A DNA stretch of 54,564 nt from a virus (taxonomy: Duplodnaviria; Caudoviricetes): positions 1 to 54,564 of IMG/VR virus record IMGVR_UViG_3300045999_012682. One strand, 5' to 3'. Under the pieces are notes generated by a model that worked only from the letters and a program-made list of their open reading frames with translations, had not been told where the DNA came from and did not search any database. Below, piece by piece: positions 9,310-19,146 of the stretch. How positions within the stretch are numbered: the first letter of the stretch is position 1; the number at the start of each line of letters is the position of its first letter. The position numbers and the translations under genes were made by a program.

Positions 9310-9936
9310 ATGCGCGTATCTCAATCTCAAAGACAAAGAACGCATAAAGATCCACTTGTAGTTGGTACATTCTCTGAGCTTTCGTTTCGAACTTTAAAAG
9401 GTACGTTAGGCCCCAAAAACCAAGTCATTGGTAGCGCTGATACTCGCTATACATCCAATGGCGGTTTTGGTGGCGGAACTTATAATCACTGGTTTCAATT
9501 TAATATCCTTTCTCCCGGTTGGATTATTATTACCAAAGGTGGTCCAAGGCCACAATACATTCAAGTCTCTGCTTATGATCTAAACCTAATACCAATTCAA
9601 GAAAGAGCTATTTTTGATGAGGATAATGTTGTTACTGATCTTAATGGCGTAAAGACTTATCCCTATACAGGCACTGTTATGGGTGCAAGTTCGGATCTTT
9701 ATAATAATTTTGAACCAAATCGTTTTGACAAAGGTAATAATGCTTATTTTCCTTTGGAGACCGGATCTTATCTTTTATGTATATCAACAACACGAAATGA
9801 GTTATTAGACTATGAAGTAGCTGTCACAATTGAATTCCCAACACAAATCTCTGATATTTTATTCGAAGATTATTCACTCATATTATATGAAGATCTGATA
9901 GAAAGCCATGTAATTGCGGATTTAAATGAAGAGTAA
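9310..9936 (+). CDS. hypothetical protein, possible beta-sandwich structural protein
   Basis: 208-aa ORF, TAAAATA motif upstream. Confidence 0.7.
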   Translation: MRVSQSQRQRTHKDPLVVGTFSELSFRTLKGTLGPKNQVIGSADTRYTSNGGFGGGTYNHWFQFNILSPGWIIITKGGPRPQYIQVSAYDLNLIPIQERAIFDEDNVVTDLNGVKTYPYTGTVMGASSDLYNNFEPNRFDKGNNAYFPLETGSYLLCISTTRNELLDYEVAVTIEFPTQISDILFEDYSLILYEDLIESHVIADLNEE

Positions 9937-10100
9937 ATACTAAAGACAAGCTTTACTGTTTAACATTTTTGCTTAAATGCTCATGAAATTTTTAAACTTT
10001 TTTAAAGTGTTTGTTGCTACAAAAACAAAACAACAAAGCCCTGCTTCTGCTTTTGCGCTATATTGCAAAAACAATCCAAGTGCAGCTGCTTGTAAAATTT

Positions 10101-10571
10101 ATGACCTATAGATCCAAACGCAAAATCAAACGCTTTATTTTAAAAACTGATCAAGACCAATGGGTAGCCATTACAGCAAAACCTTGGGTTTATGTTAATA
10201 AAACTTGTGTTTGGCTTGTGGTATTGGGCGTTAGTAAATCAAGACGTCAGCTCAGTGATTGGTTTCACAATCGCAAAACAAAACGTGCTCGAAAATTAAA
10301 ACACTCAATGTCTGGGCATTCAGGTACTAAGCCATTGACTTGGGGTTTTTCTAAATTAAAGGAACTTCAAGACCATATTTTTTGGTATGACGGGCTTTGG
10401 TTTTGGTTTGATGCTGTAAAAAAAGATAAACAACGTCGGGTTTATATGAAATGGTTTAAACGTAAAGGAGCTGAAAACTGGCAATACATAGAATCAGCTG
10501 ACTCTTTTTATTACTTTAAAGATCCAGCGGTAGAATACAAAAAATACATGGAGCATTATGTCTCATCTTAA
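10101..10571 (+). CDS. hypothetical basic, Trp-rich protein
   Basis: ORF 10011-10571; first ATG at 10101. Confidence 0.55.
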   Translation: MTYRSKRKIKRFILKTDQDQWVAITAKPWVYVNKTCVWLVVLGVSKSRRQLSDWFHNRKTKRARKLKHSMSGHSGTKPLTWGFSKLKELQDHIFWYDGLWFWFDAVKKDKQRRVYMKWFKRKGAENWQYIESADSFYYFKDPAVEYKKYMEHYVSS

Positions 10572-10722
10572 CCAGTATCTTGAAGTTGCTCTTGCTATTC
10601 ACGCTGCAGCTTCTGCTATTTGTGCTTTAACTCCTACTCCAAAAGATGATGCTGCTGTGCGCAAGCTTTATCGTCTGATTGAAATTTGCGCATTGGTTGT
10701 TGGTCGCGCAAAACAGCGCTGA
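10558..10722 (+). CDS. small holin-like membrane protein (54 aa)
   Basis: Read by hand: MSHLNQYLEVALAIHAAASAICALTPTPKDDAAVRKLYRLIEICALVVGRAKQR; TPTPKDD turn between two hydrophobic segments; near endolysin. Confidence 0.65.
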   Translation: MSHLNQYLEVALAIHAAASAICALTPTPKDDAAVRKLYRLIEICALVVGRAKQR

Positions 10723-10884
10723 TTAATCAGGCAGTGCTTGAAACCAAAAACAGACACCACCTTCTTTTTCAACCCAATCTCTTGTTGCGTACGCTTCCGC
10801 TTTTGGAAGTGTTACGCATTTTTTTTCATTGTGAACTTCCCAGCAGATATTCACGCGTATCTGCGGTTCTTTGTATTTCTTCAC
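10723..10884 (-). CDS. hypothetical protein
   Basis: GTG start right after the endolysin stop; 53 aa. Confidence 0.5.
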   Translation of the reverse strand: MKKYKEPQIRVNICWEVHNEKKCVTLPKAEAYATRDWVEKEGGVCFWFQALPD

Positions 10885-10885
10885 C

Positions 10886-11911
10886 TTAGTAGTCCCAGCG
10901 TACTTTTGGTTTGCCTTCCCTGATGCCGACATGAACAAAACCTTTGGGCGCACCGTATCCTAGGCTGTACGGCCAGTTTTTGTCACACCATTCTTGCACC
11001 GTATAAATGCTGACGCCTTCAATATAAAAATCAATTGCCCCTTTGGATGGTGCACTGTATGTGTGCTCGCTATTTTTTGCGCCACCTACTTGAGTATTAA
11101 TAGGCTCTGGACGAGAAGCACTAGTAATAATGATTGGTTTATTCCCAAACTGCTTTCTAACACGTTCTAAAAATAAACAAATTTCTTTTGCTGTATCACA
11201 CTGATATTGTTTGGTAAAACGCCGTGCTTCTTTATTAAGTGTTAGTTCTCCATAGGTGATGTTAGGTGTTACCCGATAAGTAAACGGACTCCATGGCACA
11301 AAATTATTAACATGTGGATCTTTTGGATCTTCTTTTTCTCCAATATTTTGGAACTGTCGATCCATGATTTGAATTAATTTAGAGCTGTAATCTGGGTCTG
11401 TGGCGTATCCTTCAGCAATCAACAATCGTGCACATTCATTTCTGCTGGCAGCACGATTAACGCCTTTAAATTTTCCAAAGTCTTTATACCAACGCTCAAC
11501 TAAATAAGTAACGCAAGTGTAAAGGTCAGGAAAATCAATAAAACCAGCCTTAATTGTGACCCATTTACCATTAATAAACTCTTGGGTATTAATGTTAGAG
11601 CCAGATCCTTTAAGCCCAAAAAAATTATTTTTACCTGATGTGTGTTTTCCCCAGCCTGATTCAAGCGCCCACTGTGCAGCAACACATTCAGGAAATTTTG
11701 CACCTGCTTTTTTACTTGCAGCAAAAATACCTTCCCATGTATTAGAAAAAGATTCTTGCGCAGGTTCGTGTTTTTCTTCACTGTTACGATAAAGAACAGC
11801 AAACTCATCTAGTTGAGATGCGGTCAACTGTTTTTGCAGCCACTCCCATGCTTTTTTTTGATGTGCAAATTCTTTGTAAAATTTAGCCGCATCAACAAGT
11901 TCTATTGTCAT
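10886..11911 (-). CDS. endolysin: GH73 glucosaminidase + peptidase M15 domain
   Basis: AAQWALESGWG, NNFFGLKG, GYATDPDY (GH73/FlgJ); IITSASR, VGGAKNSEH, AIDF, FVHVGIR (M15_3). Confidence 0.88.
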   Translation of the reverse strand: MTIELVDAAKFYKEFAHQKKAWEWLQKQLTASQLDEFAVLYRNSEEKHEPAQESFSNTWEGIFAASKKAGAKFPECVAAQWALESGWGKHTSGKNNFFGLKGSGSNINTQEFINGKWVTIKAGFIDFPDLYTCVTYLVERWYKDFGKFKGVNRAASRNECARLLIAEGYATDPDYSSKLIQIMDRQFQNIGEKEDPKDPHVNNFVPWSPFTYRVTPNITYGELTLNKEARRFTKQYQCDTAKEICLFLERVRKQFGNKPIIITSASRPEPINTQVGGAKNSEHTYSAPSKGAIDFYIEGVSIYTVQEWCDKNWPYSLGYGAPKGFVHVGIREGKPKVRWDY

Positions 11912-11962
11912 TTTTTTAAAACCTATTATTTTAACTTTAAAATGACTTGTGTTTTATGCGCT

Positions 11963-12475
11963 TTAATTTATATCCGGTTTAGTTGGCCATTGGATATTCC
12001 AAGGAAAACCTGCTTGGCTTGTAATGTTACGTAGATCTTCTCGATAGACGGCCCAGGCTGTTTTAGATTCTGTACTGAGTGGGCTATCTGGTAATTGAGT
12101 CCAGTCACAAGAAGCAAGGCATTGATTACGTTCTATACGTATATTTCTAGCTTGTTCGTTGTCTTTAGCAAAACAATAAGCTTCATATTGTTCAGCTGCT
12201 GTATGGGTAATCCCTTTTGCATCGACATAATCCTTAAAAACAGGACCAGCAATGTAACGGGTAAACCATTTTCCATCAATGTTAATAACACCGTCTCTTT
12301 GGCTGTATTGATACGGCGGGATCACGGTAGCTTGTGGACCTTCTAAAACAGGATCGTAACCAAAACTGTTGATAATACTAGACGTCAATACTTCTGGAAA
12401 CGAAGTATTAGGGTTATTTAATCGGAATTGTTGATCAGTAATTACTGCACCAGTACTGCGATTTCGAAGTTCCAT
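11963..12475 (-). CDS. tail fibre assembly chaperone-like protein
   Basis: RIERNQCLASCDWTQLPDSP...AWAVYREDLRNIT...FPWNIQWPTKP, directly downstream of a fibre gene. Confidence 0.8.
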   Translation of the reverse strand: MELRNRSTGAVITDQQFRLNNPNTSFPEVLTSSIINSFGYDPVLEGPQATVIPPYQYSQRDGVINIDGKWFTRYIAGPVFKDYVDAKGITHTAAEQYEAYCFAKDNEQARNIRIERNQCLASCDWTQLPDSPLSTESKTAWAVYREDLRNITSQAGFPWNIQWPTKPDIN

Positions 12476-12477
12476 AA

Positions 12478-14478
12478 TCAGGCAATTGCAAGATAAATAA
12501 AGTTGCCACCAAGTGCGTTAATGGCGGCAGGAGCAGTGGAGCTAATCTGGAAACCAGAGCTCAACGGATCTATATAATCAGTGCTGGTAACTTCTGTTGC
12601 TGTGGAATTAAGAAGTAAATAGGGGTCATTTCCACTGATGATTCCACGTGCTGTGTCCCAGATATACCAATCACCTGTTGAAGCAGGTTCTGTACGTTTA
12701 ATCATGACAAAACGAGCGCCATTACTAAAGCCGCAATCAATATCTAAAGTAGCACCGGTTCCTGTGTAAGAGCCTACTTTAGAAACTCCGGGGCAAGAGG
12801 CAAATAAGTAAGCAACAAAAGTGTCTGTGCTACCATTAACGTCATTGTTTGTCCCCAAAGTAAACACTAATTCTGTTGGCGATGTATCGTTCCACATGGT
12901 ATTGTCATCAACACTGCCTGCTGTTGTATTTAATACTAAGTAATCAGTATTGTCATTATTAGCGTAAACAACCCAACGATCTACTACGTTACGTTTTTTA
13001 ATAAGCATTAATTCTGGAGTTACGCCAAGTCCATGATCTACTGTGCGGTTAACACCTGTTCCGGTATAACAAACAATATCAAAAAAACCAGGGGCACGGC
13101 AAAAATTCCAAGCAATAAAAGTAAATCCTGAAGAGTTGTATACACCATTTGCCGTAAACTGTCCTGTTAAAACAGTTTGTGTATTGTTAAATGAGACAGA
13201 AGCAGGTGAATAAAGCGTATTAAAATTACTTTCTTCTGATGTCGAGCTTTGATATAAAACTACGTCTTTTCCGCGAAGCTTATCAAATGATTGTTTATTT
13301 TGTGCACCATAATTTCTATCTGTAATCCAAGCCATATCAGCTGCAATATTAGTTGTTAAATTCTGTACTGTGCTGTTACTTGTGCTATTTCCTGTATAAG
13401 CAACAGGGGTAAAAACTCTTGTTGCGTCCAGGGGTTTTTTCATTGGGCCACGGCGAATAGCAATATAAATGTGCTTAGCGCTAGCAGGCCAAAACCCTGA
13501 GAAACTACAGCCAGTTGGATTTAATTTAATTGCCCCCGCTGAATAAGTGAACTCCTGATTATTAGATTCTGCGCTTAAATAAGCAAAACTAGTCTGAGAA
13601 AGTCCACGCATTGAATCGCAAAGCCACCAACTATTTATTCCGTCTGTTCTTTTAATCAGCAGCCACTGAGGTTCCCAGCCTAACGTAATAGTTGCATTAC
13701 CGCTGCCGTCCGTTGTAAACGAGCCACAGCTCACCACATTGTCATTCCCGCTATCGCCAAACCCGCCAGCGTCGTGCGCAAAGAGGTAGGCAACGTAAGT
13801 GCCTCCATTGGCGTTAACATCAGCATCACTTCCCAATGAAAAAACAGAACTTGTTGGTGTAGTTGAGTTCCATGTTGCTGTCATAAATTGTTGAACTTGT
13901 CCGGTGCTATTTAGGTAAATAACTTCCGTATTGCTTAAAGATCTATGGTAAACAGCCCACCCAACATTTGATGCCGCATCTGTTCTCTTAACAATGATGC
14001 AACCTGGTACACTTTCAAGATTATGAGCAATAGTACGGTTATTTCCATCCCCTGTATAAGTCACCACATCAAAGAACTTCGGCTCTTTGCGGAAGGTCCA
14101 GGAGGCGACTGTGTTACCTGAACCGCTCAGGGAAGGGTTTCCAGTACCAAACGAAAAACCGTCAGAGTTCCAAGAAGTAATGTAATCATTATCACTAAAC
14201 TCACCATTTAAAAGGTCGGTAGATAGTCTGTGGCTTGTTGGCATCCCGCTTTGGGGAGACCTGACGGTATCGTGCAGGTAATGAGAAATTGCCCCAGTAG
14301 TGAGATTCCTGTTTTTTCTCCAAACTAACCCACCTTTACCCGCTAGATCAATCCCATTCGTGATTGCCTGCGTGCTGCCGGTGCCGGTGTAGAGCCAAGT
14401 GCTGAAGACATCCTCAACGTAAACCTTCTCCGCACCGCCAGCAGCGCTCATTAACAATATTCTTGTATTATGATCCAT
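12478..14478 (-). CDS. tail fibre / receptor-binding protein with repeated YTG(N/T)G modules
   Basis: Repeated FFD(V/I)VxYTG, HxLxxxP, IKR, (F/Y)(V/I)AYLFA modules; ends FIYLAIA. Confidence 0.8.
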   Translation of the reverse strand: MDHNTRILLMSAAGGAEKVYVEDVFSTWLYTGTGSTQAITNGIDLAGKGGLVWRKNRNLTTGAISHYLHDTVRSPQSGMPTSHRLSTDLLNGEFSDNDYITSWNSDGFSFGTGNPSLSGSGNTVASWTFRKEPKFFDVVTYTGDGNNRTIAHNLESVPGCIIVKRTDAASNVGWAVYHRSLSNTEVIYLNSTGQVQQFMTATWNSTTPTSSVFSLGSDADVNANGGTYVAYLFAHDAGGFGDSGNDNVVSCGSFTTDGSGNATITLGWEPQWLLIKRTDGINSWWLCDSMRGLSQTSFAYLSAESNNQEFTYSAGAIKLNPTGCSFSGFWPASAKHIYIAIRRGPMKKPLDATRVFTPVAYTGNSTSNSTVQNLTTNIAADMAWITDRNYGAQNKQSFDKLRGKDVVLYQSSTSEESNFNTLYSPASVSFNNTQTVLTGQFTANGVYNSSGFTFIAWNFCRAPGFFDIVCYTGTGVNRTVDHGLGVTPELMLIKKRNVVDRWVVYANNDNTDYLVLNTTAGSVDDNTMWNDTSPTELVFTLGTNNDVNGSTDTFVAYLFASCPGVSKVGSYTGTGATLDIDCGFSNGARFVMIKRTEPASTGDWYIWDTARGIISGNDPYLLLNSTATEVTSTDYIDPLSSGFQISSTAPAAINALGGNFIYLAIA

Positions 14479-14484
14479 CTCTAC

Positions 14485-16833
14485 TTAGTTAGTGTAGTTA
14501 ATTAAACTTGATCCACGCCAGCGAGCACCTCCATCGTCAGTAACAAACATAAATAAATGAGTTTTGTTAGTAGTTAAAGTTGGTGCAGTACTGTTTGGCC
14601 ACTCTACCCCACTAAACCAAGTAACTGCACCTGATGTATGGGTCAATTCAAGAACCATTCCATAGCTTCTACCACTTGCTGGAACGCCGCTAACAGTGAA
14701 TGTACTTGAAGTTGATATTGTTTTTGTAAAATAATTACCACTACTGCAGTTAATATTTAAAGCGGAAACAGCATTTACATTATTAACATAAGTACCACTA
14801 ACGTCTAGACGTGTTCCTGTTGCTGGTGTTAATACACCAACTCCAATAACACCTGTTGTAAAAACACCGCTACTGAAAAGACCACTGGTACCTGTAACAG
14901 TACTTCCAGAAAGAGTAGCGCCTTCAATCCTGGTATTACCTGTGATGTAATTAAAGGTTCCATTTTCACCAAAGACGTTTTGGCCAGAAAGAGACGTAGT
15001 AAATAAACCACTAACGCCAGTAATGCGACTAAAAACGCCTGTTGCACCAGTAATAGTCGTGCCCGAAAGTTGTGTAGTAAAAACACCACTGACACTTGTA
15101 ATTTGAGTGAAAGAACCTGTTGCACCGGTGATAGTTGTACCTGAAAGCTGCGTGGTAAAAACACCGGAAACGCCTGTAATACTGGTAAAACTACCTGTAT
15201 TTCCTGTAATAAATACTCCGGAGATTCGATCTGTGAATCTTCCGCTTATTGCATTAATGTTGGCAAAAGAACCAGTATCACCAGTAACAAGAGCACCCGA
15301 AACGCGAGAAGTAAAAACACCGGAAACGCCAGTGATATCAGTAAAACGACTGGTATCTCCCGTAATAGTAGCGCCAGAGACTAAGTTAAAAATACCTGTA
15401 ACAAAATTACCAGTCGTTGCATTAACAGTAGTGCCCGTAATTACTGCGCCACTTAAACTGGTAGTAAAAACACCGTTGACACCGGTAATGTTAGTAAAAC
15501 TACCGGTATTTCCTGTAATAACCGCACCAGAAATACTGGTTAAACCATAAATATCGTTCCCGCTAAAGGTCGTAAAACTACCCGTTGCACCGGTAATTGT
15601 ATTGCCTGAAAGCGTACCGCTAACTGTCAAGCCAGACGAAATTATTCCGCTTCCGCTAATAACAAGGTTTCCAGAAGCAATAATATTGCCAGTCGTACTG
15701 ATTGTTGGAATTGCAAGGGTGTCAGTAAAAACACCCGTCAGTGCTTCAATCCGTTGGAATAAACCAGTTACACCTGTAATAGTTAAACCAGATAACGCAG
15801 AAGTAAAAACGCCTGTTACACCAGTGATTGACGTAAATCTTCCAGCATCTCCGCTAACAATTGCACCCGATATTGCATTTGTAAATACACCTGATACACC
15901 CGTAATTACTGTGGCGTTAACAGCTGTACCTGTAATTGCAGTGCCTGATAATTGTGTGGTAAAAGTACCAACAGAACCTGTAATGTTTGTAAAAGAACCG
16001 GTCGCGCCAGTAATTGTAGTACCTGATACTTGTGTTGTAAAAACTCCTGAGGCTCCGGTTAGTGTTGCAAATAAACCAGTAGAACCAGTAATTGTTAAAC
16101 CAGATAGCCTCGTAGTAAAAGTCCCGCTAACTCCAGTAATATTGGCGCCAAGAACGGTACTGCCTGTAATAGTCGCGCCTGATAAACGAGTTGTAAATAC
16201 GCCGCTAACGCCAGTAATATTACTAAATCTTCCAGTATCTCCCGTAATAACAACTCCTGAAAGCTGTGTAGTGAAGACACCGCTGACGCCAGTAATATTG
16301 GCACCGCTTAAGCTGGGAAAAATACCAGTCGCACTATTGACTGTTTGTCCGGTCAGTGTTCCAAACTGTCCCGTTGCTCCGGTAATTGTTGACCCGCTAA
16401 CACGAGTAAAATTACCTGTGGTGACAGTTGCTGTGCTTGTGATTAAATTGGTTACGTTACCAGTAACAGCATTGATATTAGTGCCTTGAAAAGTAGACCC
16501 TGTAAAAGTAACGCCACTTGTGGTTCCATTGAGTACAGATCCACTGTTGACTGTTAAATATGCAAATGTTCCTGTTCCAGGGATTGTAATTGTGTTTGCA
16601 GTAAAGCCGCTGTTTACAGTAAAGTTACCTTCAACAGTAAGATCACCAGACAAAGAGCCGCCTGTGACCTGTAAATAGTAATTATTTAAATATTGTTTAG
16701 TTCCAGAAAATGTAAATTTTTTATTCTTTAATCCGGGGTCAACTTCTCCAACATCAACAACCATCAAAAGATCTTCGTCGTTAATTTGCGACGAAGAAAT
16801 TGCGGGTAGTTCAGATATTCTCCTGTTAGCCAC
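14485..16833 (-). CDS. long tail fibre with Thr/Gly/Ser beta-solenoid repeats
   Basis: MANRRISELP N-terminal anchor; many ITGVSGVFTTQLSGxTITGxTGxF repeats. Confidence 0.8.
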   Translation of the reverse strand: MANRRISELPAISSSQINDEDLLMVVDVGEVDPGLKNKKFTFSGTKQYLNNYYLQVTGGSLSGDLTVEGNFTVNSGFTANTITIPGTGTFAYLTVNSGSVLNGTTSGVTFTGSTFQGTNINAVTGNVTNLITSTATVTTGNFTRVSGSTITGATGQFGTLTGQTVNSATGIFPSLSGANITGVSGVFTTQLSGVVITGDTGRFSNITGVSGVFTTRLSGATITGSTVLGANITGVSGTFTTRLSGLTITGSTGLFATLTGASGVFTTQVSGTTITGATGSFTNITGSVGTFTTQLSGTAITGTAVNATVITGVSGVFTNAISGAIVSGDAGRFTSITGVTGVFTSALSGLTITGVTGLFQRIEALTGVFTDTLAIPTISTTGNIIASGNLVISGSGIISSGLTVSGTLSGNTITGATGSFTTFSGNDIYGLTSISGAVITGNTGSFTNITGVNGVFTTSLSGAVITGTTVNATTGNFVTGIFNLVSGATITGDTSRFTDITGVSGVFTSRVSGALVTGDTGSFANINAISGRFTDRISGVFITGNTGSFTSITGVSGVFTTQLSGTTITGATGSFTQITSVSGVFTTQLSGTTITGATGVFSRITGVSGLFTTSLSGQNVFGENGTFNYITGNTRIEGATLSGSTVTGTSGLFSSGVFTTGVIGVGVLTPATGTRLDVSGTYVNNVNAVSALNINCSSGNYFTKTISTSSTFTVSGVPASGRSYGMVLELTHTSGAVTWFSGVEWPNSTAPTLTTNKTHLFMFVTDDGGARWRGSSLINYTN
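14900..16480 (-). repeat. imperfect coding tandem repeats in tail fibre
   Basis: Recurrent unit of about 26 aa (ITGVSGVFTTQLSGTTITGATGSFTQ); boundaries approximate. Confidence 0.8.
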
Positions 16834-16882
16834 CTATTAAAACACAATTCCTATAACTTAAATTATAGGAGATCTGTGTTTA

Positions 16883-17221
16883 TTACTTTACTTTGACTTC
16901 AATTTGTGGTAGCTTATCTGCCACAAATTTAATAGCGTTGGGAATGCCATAAACAATTCCACAAGAAATAGCAAATACAACAATAAGCTCTGCGACCGTT
17001 AAATTCCGGCGCAAATAAATAACACGTGGCTGCTCCACAGGAGGCGATGGTTGGGTGAATCCTGTTGGCGCTGCCTTGCTTGCCAGGAACTGTTGGATTG
17101 CAAGTTCACGAGCCTTGGCCTTCATTGCTTCCACGTCTGGATAAGCAGGCGACACGGCATTTGGCGTCTCCTGCTCTAGCTGAGGAATGGGCGGCTGGCT
17201 CATGGGCACTTCGTTTTCCAT
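16883..17221 (-). CDS. hypothetical membrane protein
   Basis: Pro-rich N-terminus, one TM segment (ELIVVFAISCGIVYGIP). Confidence 0.7.
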   Translation of the reverse strand: MENEVPMSQPPIPQLEQETPNAVSPAYPDVEAMKAKARELAIQQFLASKAAPTGFTQPSPPVEQPRVIYLRRNLTVAELIVVFAISCGIVYGIPNAIKFVADKLPQIEVKVK

Positions 17222-17275
17222 TGTCTAGCAAAAACTTTGTTTATACATTAGCATTTCTGAAAAAGAAACGCATCA

Positions 17276-17686
17276 ATGGCAACGTTTGGAATTAGAAAAG
17301 GACTAGAAGATGTTGCGCATGAACTAAAAGGTATCCGCAATATCCTTGCTTCTATGTGGCATAGCCGTTACCAAAATGATGAAACGGATTTGTTAAATCC
17401 GGAAGCATTTGCAGATGAGTATATCTCAACAGAAGAGTGTGCCAGGCGTCTTGGGGTGTCTGATCAAACCTTGCGCAACTGGATCAGCCTTGGTAGGCAT
17501 AATGCTCAAAAAGGATGGGTTGAAGGCATTCATTATGTCAACATCAATCCTGATCCAGGGAAGAAAGGAGTCATTCGCATCCCGTGGAATCATTTGATCC
17601 AGTCATTTGCAAAAAATAAAAAGCCGGAAATTTCTGATTTTTACAAAGGTCCAATGTACAAAAGTGCAAACGGGAATAATCAATAA
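17276..17686 (+). CDS. excisionase/MerR-type HTH DNA-binding protein
   Basis: YISTEECARRLGVSDQTLRNWI...WVEGIHY. Confidence 0.75.
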   Translation: MATFGIRKGLEDVAHELKGIRNILASMWHSRYQNDETDLLNPEAFADEYISTEECARRLGVSDQTLRNWISLGRHNAQKGWVEGIHYVNINPDPGKKGVIRIPWNHLIQSFAKNKKPEISDFYKGPMYKSANGNNQ

Positions 17687-18144
17687 TGGGACACCGCTTT
17701 AAAGGCATTGACATCCATGCCGTCACTCTTGAAAATTACTCAGAGCTTTTGCCTCTTTCACTGTCTGAACAGGTAAAAGATTTCTTGCCGCCCGTTGGTT
17801 CGTTTGATAGCGGATGTCTGGTTCGTTATTTAGAAAACATAAAAAACTATGAAGAAGAGGACGAAAATTCCAGTATGACATTAGCCAATCGATTACGTTT
17901 AGCGTTTAAAGACCTAAGTCCTGATACAATTTGTGGGAAATTCCCTTTAGCAGAACTGCCCCTCAAAAGACGTTTGCGTTGCGTTGCAGAATACTTAATT
18001 CGCTCTGGAGAATTCGACAAGCTTAAAGACGAACGCGGTAAGCTCATTAAAAAACGCGGCAATCTTGGTAAGATGGTGGTTATCTACCAACCTCTGCCTA
18101 AACTGCTGGAATCGTTAACACGTCAAGGATTAATCGAAAAATGA
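17686..18144 (+). CDS. hypothetical protein
   Basis: 152-aa ORF coupled to upstream gene (TAATG). Confidence 0.75.
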   Translation: MGHRFKGIDIHAVTLENYSELLPLSLSEQVKDFLPPVGSFDSGCLVRYLENIKNYEEEDENSSMTLANRLRLAFKDLSPDTICGKFPLAELPLKRRLRCVAEYLIRSGEFDKLKDERGKLIKKRGNLGKMVVIYQPLPKLLESLTRQGLIEK

Positions 18145-18530
18145 ATCGACGCGAAAAACTTATTGCTTCCGTGATTGGTCCAGAAATGGACAAGACAAGT
18201 GCCAGGATGCTCTCAGCCACGCTCAAACTCATTCTTGGTGATATGGGCCAGCACTACTGCAAGATGTGGGAAGCAGAAGGTCCTGGTGTCATGGTGTTTC
18301 AACCAGAAGATAAAGAGCGTTCAATGTTCTTCTGGACTTTGGAAGAGATTCACTCAGCACAAGAAAAATGTGAAGAGCAAAATAGTGGAGATTTAGCGGA
18401 AACTTTCAGACGCATTTTGGAGGCAGCACAGAAAATTGATCCTACAGAAAAAGCTGGATACGTCATTAATGACCAGAATGGAATCCGTTATTTAGAAATT
18501 GATTACAACAAGACAACAGAACAAAAATGA
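18141..18530 (+). CDS. hypothetical protein
   Basis: 129-aa ORF with ATGA overlaps at both ends. Confidence 0.75.
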   Translation: MNRREKLIASVIGPEMDKTSARMLSATLKLILGDMGQHYCKMWEAEGPGVMVFQPEDKERSMFFWTLEEIHSAQEKCEEQNSGDLAETFRRILEAAQKIDPTEKAGYVINDQNGIRYLEIDYNKTTEQK

Positions 18531-19114
18531 GTATCACAGCCCCTGGGTACAAAAAAGAAGATCTTGAATTAATTACTAATTACGATCTGGTATCTGCAGC
18601 ACATGCTCTTCTTGATGGCATCCAACTTGATGTTGCAAGTTCGATTACGGCAAATTCATTTGTAGAAGCAGAACATTTTTATACTCCGCTTCAAGATGGG
18701 CTAAATTCTCAACAGTGGTTTGGTCGTGTCTATCTGTTTCCTCCCAGTGGGGCTTACTTTTGGGAGGCAAAGAACCAGCGGTGGAAGATGACCAGGGCAA
18801 CATCTAAGACCTTGCGTTCATCTCACGCTGTTTGGTTTGAAAAACTTTACAAATCCTGGCTCGCTGGAGAAATTGAGCAGGGTTTGTACTTTTCAAATTG
18901 CCCGGACATGTTCCGCTACGACCAGCGGATCTTTGATTTCCCGATCTGTATCCTAAAAACGGCACCTACTTTAAAGAAAAACACTAGCAATGGGGTGTCA
19001 AGTCATAAAACTTGTACATCATTTTTAGTTTATCTGCAGCCCCAGGATCGTGTCGCCTCTGCCACAGAACGGTTCATCGACATCTACTCGGAAAAGGGTC
19101 GCATTCTCACCTGA
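18527..19114 (+). CDS. phage N6-adenine DNA methyltransferase-like protein with variant catalytic motif
   Basis: IQLDVASS, FYT, DGLNSQQWFGRVYLFPPSG, WFEKL resemble phage Dam-like MTases; NPPY position reads FPPS. Confidence 0.65.
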   Translation: MSITAPGYKKEDLELITNYDLVSAAHALLDGIQLDVASSITANSFVEAEHFYTPLQDGLNSQQWFGRVYLFPPSGAYFWEAKNQRWKMTRATSKTLRSSHAVWFEKLYKSWLAGEIEQGLYFSNCPDMFRYDQRIFDFPICILKTAPTLKKNTSNGVSSHKTCTSFLVYLQPQDRVASATERFIDIYSEKGRILT

Positions 19115-19146
19115 ATTCTGTATAGTGATATCGATTGAGTCATGTT

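Noticed and set aside
15107-16489. Long + strand ORFs (147 and 295 aa)
   Set aside because: Antisense shadows of the Thr/Gly tail-fibre repeats
11963-16833. Diversity-generating retroelement acting on tail fibres
   Set aside because: No reverse transcriptase and no template/variable repeat pair differing at adenines was seen
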